This document shows positions 36,946-49,377 of a stretch of 64,000 bases of DNA, piece by piece (position 1 is the stretch's first letter; each line of letters starts with the position of its first letter). A program made the position numbers and the translations under genes. The notes beneath the pieces are model-generated. The model worked only from the letters and a program-made list of their open reading frames with translations. It did no database searches and was not told the DNA's origin. Source of the stretch: Octopus vulgaris (Eukaryota); contig OX597822.1 of NCBI GenBank assembly GCA_951406725.2, positions 47,926,001 through 47,990,000 of the forward strand, in the 5' to 3' direction.

Positions 36946-39801
36946 CTGCAAGAGAAGAAAAAAACCCACAAAGGTGAACAGAAAAGATGTTGGAATGAAG
37001 CAAAAAGCATCAATCATAGTTAATGAGTATTTAATGCAGGAAACATAAAAAAAAAATCTAATTAAAAATAATCATGTGTTGAGAAAGATACACACATGCA
37101 TATATATACATATCATCATCATCGTTTAACGTCTGTTTTCCATGCTAGCATGGGTTGGATGGTTTGACCAGGGTCTGGGAAGCCAGGAGGCTGCACCAGG
37201 CTCAATCTGAGCTGGCAGTATTTCTACAGCTGGATGCCCATCCTAACGCCAGCCACTCCGTGAGTGTAGTCGGTGCTTTTTATGTGCCACTGGCACAGGG
37301 GTCAGAGGAGGCTGGCAACATCCATGATCAGTTGGTGCCTTTTACGTGCTACCGGCAACACATAAAATGGGTACCTTTTAATTTCTGTTAACTCCATCAA
37401 TTCACAAGGCTTTTGTTAACCCAAAATTATAACAGAAGACACTTATGCAAGGTGGCATGCAGTGGGACTGAATCTTCAACCATGTGGTTCGGAAATAACC
37501 TTCTTAACCACACAGCCACATCTGTACCTGCTCCATCTAATTCAAAAAGCCAGCCTTGTCATGTATCGTGTGATACTGTGTCTGCTCGAGTATTTTAGTT
37601 TATGGCATGAGGCCCTGTGCAATAATCTACTTAAGGGTTACATTACAAGTGTCAGTGAGACAGTCTCATGCTTATTTTCTGTCACAGACGTACATCAGCC
37701 TCAGGCCCACCATGGGTACACTATTCCTTCTCTCTACCTTTTCTCTCACTACTATAAATGGCCTCTACTCAACAGAGCAAGCTGGGCTCATGTCGTCTCC
37801 ACTCAAGCTTTTATACCCACCCTCTTCTCTCCTCACGTCACCCTTGTTGTGACCTCTCCCCACAGGCTCAGCACTAATCATTATAGCCTTTCACCCACTA
37901 GAATGTTGGCTCTCTGAAATACTATTCCTGCAGGTATTGACTTACAAAGGTTCAAGAGGTACATTAATAGCACCAATCTCATTGTTGCATGACAACCTGG
38001 AAAAACCTTGTCCAAATGAAAATGAAAAAAAACAGCAAAGAAACATTCTGTTTCGACTACTTTAAGAGTAGAAAGGTCTGTGGTATACTCAACCACTTGC
38101 ACATTAAGGAAGTTGTTCAAATGAATGAACAATGAACAGATGAAATATGAGAACACTCATTGCTGAAAGAAATCATGATAAATATACAGTGATATAAATA
38201 ATTATAACAAGGGCTTGGCTTGTGCCTTACCACACACTGAAAAATAGATGTTAAGAGACACTATTACTACCATAAGTTCTCTGAGAGAAACACACTACAT
38301 AAAAGGCTAGCAAAAGAAAGAAAACGAATCAAGACTTCCGTTAATTGCATACATGATCGTGTTTCGGGCTTAAATTAAATACTTGTACATTTATGCCAGG
38401 AGTACCGACACTAATGAAGGCAAAAGGTAATGTTTTTTATTACTTTAAGTCCAAAACACGATCATGTACACGGTTAACTGAAAATTTGATTCCTTTTCTT
38501 TCTTTTGCTAGCCTTTTATGTAGTGTGTTTCTCTCGGAGAACTTATAGTAGTAATAGTGTCTCTTGACGTCTATTTTTCAGTGTGTGGTGAGGCACAAGC
38601 CAAGCTCTTGTTATAATTATTTATAAAATGTACCTATGAGGTTTTATTTCCACGCTGACCACTTGGTATAAATCATTAATGATTTTTACCCTTTTATTAT
38701 ATAGTGATATATATATATATATAATTGCAAAATTTTGGAGCCAAAAAGAAGGAGTACGGTTGGACATCTATTTTCAATCATTACAATTTTTTCTACACAA
38801 TGTAGTTCTCCAGGTGTGCAGGTATTTGATTATGCAACCATTTCCCTGCATTTTGAGATCTGGTTGTGTTTTCTCAGGTAATAGGTAAATGTTGTCTCCA
38901 TAAGTTCAAATTCTCAACTTCAAAAACATCCTCTCTGTCTGTCGTGGTCTGAATTTAGTAGTGGTCACTGAGTTTATCAGGGTGTGTTGTTGCTGAAGGA
39001 CCATTGGCAAATGGAATATACCATAACTTACATACATATACATTCTTTTATTCCTTTACTTGTGTCGGTCATTTGACTGTGGCCATGCTGGAGTACTATC
39101 TTAAGGGGATTTAGTTGAACAAATTGATCTCAGGACTTATTCTTTGTAAGCCTAGCACTTATTCTATCGATCTCTTTTGCCAAACCGCTAAGTTACGGAG
39201 ACGTAAACATACCAGCATCGGTTGTCAAGTGATGGGGGAAGGGACAAACACAGACACAAATATATATATATATGACAGGCTTTTTTCAGTTTCTGTCCAC
39301 TTTTTTCAGTTTCTGTCCACCAAATCCACACACAAGGCTTTTGGTCAGCCCCAAGGCTATAGTAGAAGACACTTGGCCAAGGTGCCACGCAGTGGGACTA
39401 AACTCGGAACCATGTGGTTGGGAAGCAGGGTTCTTACCACACATCTATGCCTGTATATATCCTCATCCTCATTCAATGTCCCTTTTACATGATGGTGTGG
39501 GTTGGATAGGTCAACAGGAGCTGCACTATGCTACAATATCTATTCTGGAATGGTTTCTATGGCTGGATGCATGACCATCACTAACAGGGTGCATTGGACA
39601 GTACAGCCCCATTCACTATTCGAAATGTGCACTCCCAGATTTAGAAAATACAGTTTTCAACAATTAGAGCTCACCCAGAATATTTTGGAGTCTAGCGAAG
39701 GGCCTGGCTGGATGCCCTTTTTAATGCTAACTTCTATACAAAGTGTACTGGGTACCTTTTACGTGACACCAGCACCAGTAAGGATATCAAGTACCACACA
39801 C

Positions 39802-39832
<31 letters not shown>

Positions 39833-42339
39833 GACAGAGTTGTATATGATGATGTTCTGGAATGGAACTCCACCTGGGCTGCAGATGAAGCAACAGGTAA
39901 GGTGACAGTTGTAATAGCAGCAAAACAACAACAATTATCATCATCATCATCATCATTCTTTTGTGTCTGCTTTCCATGCTGGCATGGGTTGGATGGTTTG
40001 ACTGAGGTCTGGCAAGCCAGTTATCTGATGATGATTATGATCACCACCATGAAACAAAAATGGGAAAATGGAAAGGCATAAGTAGGAGAAAGAAAATTGA
40101 AAGAGAAGAAAAAGGAAATAGAAACAAGTAAGTAGGAGAAGATGGGAAAGTGGAGGGGAAAGACGAAAACTACAAAGTGAGAAAGAAGAAATACTGAGTC
40201 TACTCACCAAATACTTTGCCAGTCTGTACAACATATTTCCCGGTTTGGGACACAGCAGCATTTAGTTTCTTACCCTTCTCTGTGCTCTGCATGGTGCTGA
40301 TGGGGAGAGAAAAGCAGATGTGTTAGAGGGAGCATAGCAATGTTGTACAGTGTAGCTTAGGTTTCATAGTACTGATGGTACAGGAAAGCAAGTGGGGTTA
40401 GAAAGGGTTTAGTATTGTTGTATAGTGAAGTAGTGTTAGTTTCTGGCAATGCTGTAAGAGTGGAGGCACGTGGCTTAGTGGTTAGGGTGTTGGACTCATG
40501 ATTGTAAGTTTGTGGTTTCAATTCCTGGACCGGGCAATGCATTGTGTTCTTGAGCAAAATACTTCATTTCACATTGCTTCAGTCCACTCAGCTGGCAAAA
40601 ATGCATTCTCCTGTGACTGACCAGCATCCTGTCCAGCGGGGAATACATGCACCAGAAACTGACCCTCTGAGTTTATATGACTTGGGAAGGATCTTTATCC
40701 TAATGCTGTAAGATGACTGGTGGTGAGGCCTTGTTTAGCTTTTGTTACAGCATGCCTCCAATGTATCTTCTTTTAAGAGTTTCCTCTTAGTCCTAAGACC
40801 TTTTCTTCTAATAACTTCTGCTCACTGGAACTCACTACAACCATATTGTTTTCCTCTAATCTATGATATTCAGACTTTTAAATTTCATGTCAATCAACAT
40901 CTTTTGAATTTGCAGACCTCCTTCTTTTCCTTTTTTGTAGTTCCTTACATTACAGTGGCTTCAAGATATGTTTGGGATAAAATTGTATAAAAGAAAAAAC
41001 AAGAAAAAGATGGCAGGGTGTGATATGTTGAGATTTGGTTGTTATTTCTAATGGGTTGAGTGACCATGTAGAACAGTGTTTCTCAACCCTTTTTTACCTA
41101 TGGACCCCCTTTGATTCCTTTTTTACTCTATTGGACCCTTATAGCAATTTGATGTTTAACCCTTTCATTGCCAACCCAGCTGAAACTGTCTCTGGCTCTG
41201 AGTACAAACATCTTGTTTTCATAAGTTTTGAATTAAAATCTTCCACCAAACCTTAGTCACAATCCATGTTCCTAACACTAGCTTAATGATAACTAAGTTA
41301 TTGACAGAAACACAGAGCATCTCAAAATAAATACGGTAATGAAAGGGTTAAAAAAAACTTTATTGTAGACTAAGAATTAAGTATTATTAGAAATTGTGTA
41401 AAACGTTATTACAATATTTTGTGTATTGTAAATGTATAACCAATTTATTGTACATAAATTTTTAAAACAAAATCTTATATGGACCTCTGAGAGCCATATG
41501 GACACCAGTTAAACATCACTGATGTAGAAGGTATTTCACTGAGCAGTTGTGCATTAGAGTCACTATTCTATGGAACTGTAATAATCATTACAGTGGCAGT
41601 TAGTGACATGGTGTGGTGTGGTGTAGTTTGGGTGGTGGAATACTGATAAACGTGAATATGTATAAGTGTTGTGGCAAGAGTATAACATCCTCTGATGAGA
41701 ATAGACAGGACCACTACATATAAGTAGTAGTGGTCTGACATAGTTGGCAGTTTGTAGTTTGGTCTTCCAAGTCCAGTTACAGTTTACAGTTCGAGTGAGG
41801 ATGTTGGATGTTGGTTCGTTGCGTTTGTTACTGCCGCTGTTTCTATTTTGTATTGTTAATACACTGTTACAATGTATTTTTTATCTATCGTTGACAATAA
41901 CAACCGTACATTATTTACATTTGACGGATACTTGTCCTCATCTTGTTTGTTGTTAACACAACGTTTCAGCTGATATACTCTCCAACCTTCATCAGGTGTC
42001 TTGGCAGAGTGGTTAAGAGTGCGGGCTAATAACCCCAAGATTCCGAGTTTGATTCCAGGCAGGGACCATAATAATAATAACATGGAAAAATACCTTAGGA
42101 ATGAGGACCCAGGTTTGAAATTTCCCCAAGACACCTGATGAAAGCTTGAGAGTATATCAGCCAAAACATTGTGTTAATAACAAACAAGATGAGGACAAAT
42201 ATCCGTCAAATGTAAATAATGTACATAATTCTTCATCTCTTAAATATAGAACTGTAATGTCAGCCATACTATGATATTGGAGGCATAAGGATATAACAAT
42301 AAGTGTGGCCAAGAGGATGTGTACTGTGTTACCATAAGA

Positions 42340-42375
<36 letters not shown>

Positions 42376-45300
42376 AAAAGAGACAGAGAGAGTAGAAAAT
42401 AAGTCAGACTTACTGTGACAACCGCACACGAAGATCACTCATATTCAAATGCCCTTGGAATGGATGTCTGTAAGTAGATATCATCATCATTATCATCATT
42501 ATATATGGCCACTGTCCCCACCACTATTAACCATTATAATCATCATCGTCATTTTAACCCTTTTGGTACCAACCTGGGGGCTTAATGCAGTTTTGCGCCT
42601 CTCCTTGAAAAATGCAGTTTTTTGAAAAACTTTTTTCAGATTCCTATGTTTTAGAGGTTGGAGATTACGAATATGCAAAAAAAAATTTTTTATTCCCCAA
42701 CCCCAAATAAAATTTTTGATTTTGTTTACTTTAAAGAGATTGTAGCAAATTTTTGAACACATGCAAATCGAAATTAAATCCAGACATAAACATTAAAATG
42801 AAAAGAATTTGTGTTTTACTTGTGTTTGCCTTAAATAATCGTAAATAATAATTAAATGTAAATTAAATATACACCATTTTATGAGAAACAAACATTAATG
42901 TTTAATAATTAATGTTATAAAGTTTAATAAGGGGCTCAAATTTCATCCCCTCCCCAATTTTAAATTTTGAACTTTTTCATCCATTTATTTATTTGTCTGT
43001 CTATCTATTTATCCCTATCCGTTTATTCATGAAATATATATGTCAACTAAATGTGGCGGTCCTATAGAAGACGGTGTTACTTTTGCTTTTAGCCCCAGGA
43101 GGATATTCATATCTATTTATCTCTTTATACACATATCTATATGCTTATTGAGTTTAAAATTTTGATGATGTGGTTTCTTGCATATTCAGAATCTCCATCA
43201 TCTAAAGCATAGGGAAAAAAAATTTCGAAAAGTTCAAAATTTTAGCGGAGGGTGGTAGTGGTGGTGGTGGTTAAAAAACAATTTTTTTTTGCGTATTTGT
43301 AATCTCTAACATCTTATACGTAGGAATCTGAAAAAACTTTTTTTTAAAAATGCACCTTTCAAGGAGAGGTGCGAAACTGCATTAGCCCCTCCCCAACCTG
43401 CCTGAGACTGCCCATGGTTGCATGGCACCAAATTACCGTTTTAATGTGATCTAAACCAAAACTTTCTGTCATTTCATGTTAATTTGTTCCAAACACCAAT
43501 TTAACAACAAAGTTATTTTACTAAACTGAAACAAAGGCAGTGGATTTATACTGAGATATGGCAATGAAAGGGACATTATGTCCACTTTGCGATGCTTGCT
43601 TGGGCCAAATGAAATTCTAAATTATTTGAGGAAAATTTTCTATGGCCATATACTCTTCTTGTTGCCAAGCCTCACCTATTTTCTAAGCAAGGTAATTCCC
43701 CCCATCCCCTAAGTCCTTCAAACACAATGGCTGGACATGTTTTTCATGGAAGATTTCAAACAGACAATGACACCTGTATGACAGTGATGTCTATTTACAA
43801 TCAGCACATAATGTTACGACAAGGAGACATGAACATGCACACACACACACGTATTTAGACAATAAGCTTCTTTCAGTTTTTATTTACCAAATTCACTCGA
43901 GGCTTTGGTCAGATCAAAACTATCATAGAAGACACTTGCCTAAGGTGTGGCATAACTGAACTGAACCTAAAACCATGCACACACACTGTGTTTAGGGATG
44001 TTGTAGGGGTTTAGTATAGTGACGGTGTGGGGTGACTAGTTTTAAATACATCTACAGATGCAACACCAGGTCATATTGCCAACTATCGGGCAGCTTTTAA
44101 GCTAATTCCTGTGGAGGGCTCTTCATTGGGCTTTGGGCCCAACAGTGACACTTCGTGCATTGAGCACATATTAAATTTTTATTAAACTTGACCAATATTT
44201 TTCAAGCAATGAACAATATTCATCAAAACAATATAATTTGTCGACTTGGAACTTATTGCAAAGCTACATGATAAACAACATTTTTTGTCTTCCCATTCGG
44301 GGGTCAATACATTTTTTTCTGTCTAACCTCTTTCTCTCTCTCTCTCTTTCTGTTGATTGTTTTCAACCATCACCATCACTAAGACCACCACCACGACCAT
44401 TGTCACCACAACTGCCATACACATAGTTCACACTTCTGGCGCCACCACCATCAATATCTTTGACTTCGCTACCTTCCCCTCCATCACCATCACCACTGTC
44501 TTTTGCATTGCTTACTATCACCGCCTCGGCTACCACCACCACCTCTATCACAACTACAGCTCATACTATTACTATCACCCCATTACTATCAAAACCGTCA
44601 ATCTACTACCACCCTCACTGTCTCTATACCTCCCTATTACTCTCACCTAAGCAGGAGAAATGTCACTGAATACTGAGAGAGTGGGGGCAAAGTGTGACAC
44701 ACTGACACACAGAAATTTGTTTTGGCATTTACTCTTATAGATGTTGTATTCAAGAATCAATGGGTTTGTTGGCTCTTTCAACATACTCTCTCATTCAAGT
44801 GACCCAAACTTGGCTGAATAAACCTCAGCCTAAGTCCAAACAGCATTCTACTGAAACCCAATCAGTCATGTTTCCTTTTAAGTCAGGGCCATCAATGAGC
44901 TTTCTATGTGGCCTCTGTGTTGTCCTTTGTGGCATTTCTTTGGCTCGTTCCTGTAATGTAAATAGTTGAAGGCCAAGAGAGAAGGGATTATTAGTGAGGC
45001 AATAGTGTAAAGGGTCGTTGGTGATATCATTCAGATAAATGGGATAATAAATATAGGGAATTAGGGATCAGATAGCATGGGAATCAGTAGGTTGTTGCTG
45101 TTTAGCTCCAAATCAGCCCTGATTAAGTAGATTTATAATGTAAGATGTTCCAACTGTGACCATCCCACCTTTTTAAAAGTTTATATAGAGGTACATTACC
45201 CAATGTATTCCCTTCCGTATTTAAGCTGGTGGGGTATGATTTGAGAGAGATTTGACTGTTATTTCTAGCAGATTGACTGGATATTAGTGTGTCAGTAGTG

Positions 45301-48300
45301 GAGAGAATTAGTTATGTGGCAGGGCAGTGTAGGTGAAGTGGGATAGGATAAGTAGATCAAGATTTCAAGGGAGAAAGGTCAAAGGTCAACAGTGTAACTA
45401 CTACTCAAACCCTCACCTTTACAACCCCAATTACTGCAACCACACCATTCCAACGATCACTGCTGCCATTTCAGCAATCACCACATCAACTCATGCCTAC
45501 TACTACGAACTGCACCCTCCCTTTAAACACCACCACTACAACCATCAACACCAGCATACCAACAACTACAGCTGTCACCATAGCATTGTCCCACCCTTCT
45601 ACGGCTGCTCCCACTAACCACCATCACCAGTACAGAAACCAGTACTTACGACTGCGAGACTGACTCGATAAGAGGGTGTTTACAGCTGTGCCACAATCGG
45701 TAGTTATGGGTTGTCTTCCAAGCTTGGATAAAGGTCAAGTTGAAGTCCTCCATCAGCTTCTCATCTGAGTTGCACAGGGAGAGATAGATAGATAGATAGA
45801 TAGATAGAGTGATACAAAGAGGGATAAGAGGGAAAGAGAGAGAGAGGAGAAGAGGGTAAAATACATAAGAGAGAGAGGGAGAGAGAGAGAGAGATACATG
45901 ACAGATTTAAACAGTTAGTACATGATTGCATCTATGTATTCATTTGAAATGTGTGTGTGTGTGTGTGTGTGTGATATACAAGCAGTAATGACTATTTTGT
46001 TTTGTGTTGTACTGTTATAACATTAGTAGTAGTAGTAGTAGTAAGGAGGTCTACACTGTAGCATCATGTCACTGCATCCACCATTTGTTGATAATTCCCT
46101 TCTACTGCTGGTGGATGGCACTTTTTGCACCACCCGGGTGACAACCCTTCAAACATCCATGGGTCTGTTTGGGTGGTTGTTGGTGAATGTTTTACAAAGA
46201 TGAAGTGTAAATCCTGCCTCGACCACTTTTAGTCAGTCTTTACAACATGCAGAGAAAACTCTAGGTTCATTCTTTGACATGTTGGTCCCCACACAGCAAT
46301 AAAGCAATGTGAAATGAAACGTTTTGCTCAAGAACACTACACGCAGCCCTCTCCAGGAATCGAACTGGCAATCTGGTGATTGTGAGTGCAACACCCAAAC
46401 AACTAGGCCACACACGTTCACATTAACATTGATGCAAAGTAAAATAAAACCAAATACTGTACATTGTAAATTTTATCCGAATGTGATCGATGCCAAGGCT
46501 GCCTGACTGGCTCCTGTGCCGGTGGCACATAAAAAGCACCCACTACACACTTGGAGTGGTTGGCATTTAGCAAGGGCATCCAGCTGTAGAAACATTGTCA
46601 GATCAGACTGGAGCCTGGTGCGGCCTCCTGGCTCTCAAGACCTCAGTGAAATCATCCAACCCATGCCAGCATGGAAAGCGGACATTAAATGATGATAATA
46701 ATAATAATGGTACACCTTTCACATTGTGTACTTGGCCATGAATTAAACAAATATCATGATCAAATACAGATCATCAAACAGTAAATGGACAATGTGTAAA
46801 GTGGTGGCTCCTATCGCTAGGTGCATCAGCATTGTTACAGTGGTAGTATTGGTGTGGTTGCAGTGTTGGCATTAGTGTCATTGTACTATGAGTATTTGCA
46901 AATCTACAGTGTTGGTGTTGGTACTTATGGCATTGATATACAGGTTTCTGTAGAAGTTAAACTAGTGTCACAATAGTATTTAAATCACCGTATTCATTAT
47001 CATCATCATTGTTTAACGTCCGTTTTCCATACTGGCATGGGTTGGATAGTTTGACTGGGGACTGGCAAGCCAGGAGGCTGCACCAGGCTCCAATCAAATC
47101 TGGCAATGTTTCTACAGCTGGATGCCCTTCCTAAATGCCAACTACTCTGGGAGTGTAGTCAGTGCTTTTTACATGCTACCGGCTCGGGAGCCAGTCGGGG
47201 TGGGGGTGAGGCTGGCATTAACCACATTCGGATGGTGCTTTTTATGTGTCACCTGTATGGGGAGCCAGTCAGGCAGCACTGTCATTGGCCACGTTTGGAT
47301 AGTGCTTTTTACGTGCTACTGGCACAGGAGCCAGTTGGGGCGGTGGGGCTGGCATCGACCACATTTGGATGGTGCTTTTTACGTGCCACCAGCATGGGAA
47401 GCCAGTGAGGCAGCACTGGCAACAACACACGCATGAATGGTGCTCATCGGGTCTAAACCAGTGTATGCATAATGTTTGAATCATTTTACATTATCATCAC
47501 CATTTAACGTCCATTTTCCATGCTGGTATGGGTTGGACATAAAAATGGACAAAATACCACTTAGCATTTTGTTTAGTGAGCTAACAATTTTGCCAGTTTA
47601 CTGCCCTACATTGTTTAAACTGGCAGTATGTAAAATATTTCTAGGTGTTGCTGTGTGGTAAGTAGCTTGCTTACCAATCACATGGTTCCGGGTTCAGTCT
47701 CAGTACATGGCACCTTTGGCAGGTATCTTCTACTATAGCCTCGGGCTGACCAAAGCCTTGTGAGTGGATTAAGTAGATGGAAACTGAAAGAAGCCCATAG
47801 TATATATATATATATATATATATGTTTATGTGTCTGTGTTTGTCTCTCCACCATCACTTGACAACCAATGTTGGTGTGTTCATGTCCCTAAAACTTAGCA
47901 GTTCGGCAAAAGAGACCGACAGAATAAGTACTAGGCTTACAAAGAATAAGTCCTGGGGTCGATTTGTTCGACTAAAGGTGGTGCTCCAGCATGGCTGCAG
48001 TCAAATGACTGAAACCAATAAAAGAATAGTGTTAAAGATAGAGAGTTCTTTTTCATATTCCCACCTTTCCTTTATGCAAGTCTATTCCCAGTTTTTATAC
48101 GACTGTGTTGAAAAGGTTAGTTTCAGGAAGTTGACAGAAGCGGTAACTCACCTCCATTATGCGTGCTGGCGAGCAGGGACAAGATGTATTCCTTGAACTG
48201 TAGTCTCACCCATTCGTCTCCTCCTTCCCACTCTGCAATTAATGAAGAAAGAAGAAATTATCAAAGCATGTAGAAACAACAGAGATGACTGGTTAAAGTA

Positions 48301-49331
48301 TGAGGTATTGGACTACTCTCACCCAGAGTAGTAGCACCTGCTAAGGGTCCCAGCTATTGCCTAATTAGCAGGTTAGGGAACAAACTCAAAGCACAAACCC
48401 TCAATGCCTTGTGAGTGCCTTAGGAAAGAGGAAGGTTAGGGGAGGTGAATCAACCTTGGCAGCAAATTAAGGGGTGGAGACTCAGGTGACACCCTTTGGG
48501 TAATTCCAGGGTAGGTGAAGCTCTCCAGCACTGTAAAGCAATTCACCTAGGAATAGGCCATGTCAGTGTAAAAACCTATAGCTTGCTGGTCACTGCTACC
48601 TTTTAGCCTGCTGAGCCACTGTGGTCAGACCTCCGAGTGGGATTGGAGTGTAGGAACTGACTCTTAGTTTAAAACTATTAAGCACAGCAGGAAGAAAAGC
48701 TCTCCTGCAGCGTCAAGGATTGGTTTCATGACCACCTGAGAATGTACCGCTCTTCCTCATGATTTTCAGACACAAAGGAACAGCCATTATCATCACCACA
48801 GTACTACTTACTCACTGACCTAAGTTCAAATCTGACCATAACACTCTTTTATTCCATGTTGCTTTTGTTCCCTCGGTGGTGATGGAATAGTTACAAAATC
48901 ACTTGGAAAATGTTGTCACAAACTGGATATCAAGTCCAGTGCAGTTGATTTAATCTTTCATCAGCAAAAGCTTTAGGCAGTGAAGTGGCAAATTTGTTAG
49001 ATTATCAGATTAAATACCTTGTTGGAATATGCTTGGGTTCCCTGAGTTCTAAGTTCAAATTCTGCCGAAGTCAACTTTATCTTTCATCCTTTTAAGGCTA
49101 AAAATTTAAGTAGCAGTCCAGAGCAGAGGACTGATAGAACTGCAAGAGTATTGTTGAATGGGAATGCCTTCCAGTATCTGTTCTGGCTGTGTGTGTTCTG
49201 GGTTCAAAGTCATCATCATCGACAGAGATGTCTGATAGAGTAAGGCAGCAGAACAGTAATGATGATACAGTAGACAGGAGAAGGACAAAAGGGAGATGAC
49301 ATGATGTTGGTTTGGTTGCAGGAGTAGATGG

Positions 49332-49377
<46 letters not shown>

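Larger units (their letters stand above)
41906..42224. mobile_element. Composite element: inverted Penelope-type repeat + tRNA-like head + (AAT)n + Penelope-type repeat
   Basis: 99-bp inverted arms (41906-42004, 42126-42224), each with a hammerhead core, enclose a tRNA-like segment. Confidence 0.8.

Noticed and set aside
39850-39902. Plus-strand exon-like segment ending CAG|gtaagg
   Set aside because: No clear acceptor, partner exons or recognisable peptide.
42002-42068. Functional tRNA-Ile(AAT) gene
   Set aside because: The 5' acceptor strand is missing, the anticodon stem is partly unpaired and the B-box is mutated; treated as a SINE-type head.
48330-48405. Possible HDV-like ribozyme at an RTE-like 5' end
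   Set aside because: P1- and P2-like pairings exist (acctgct/agcaggt, agggt/accct), but I could not build P3/P1.1 in the required register.
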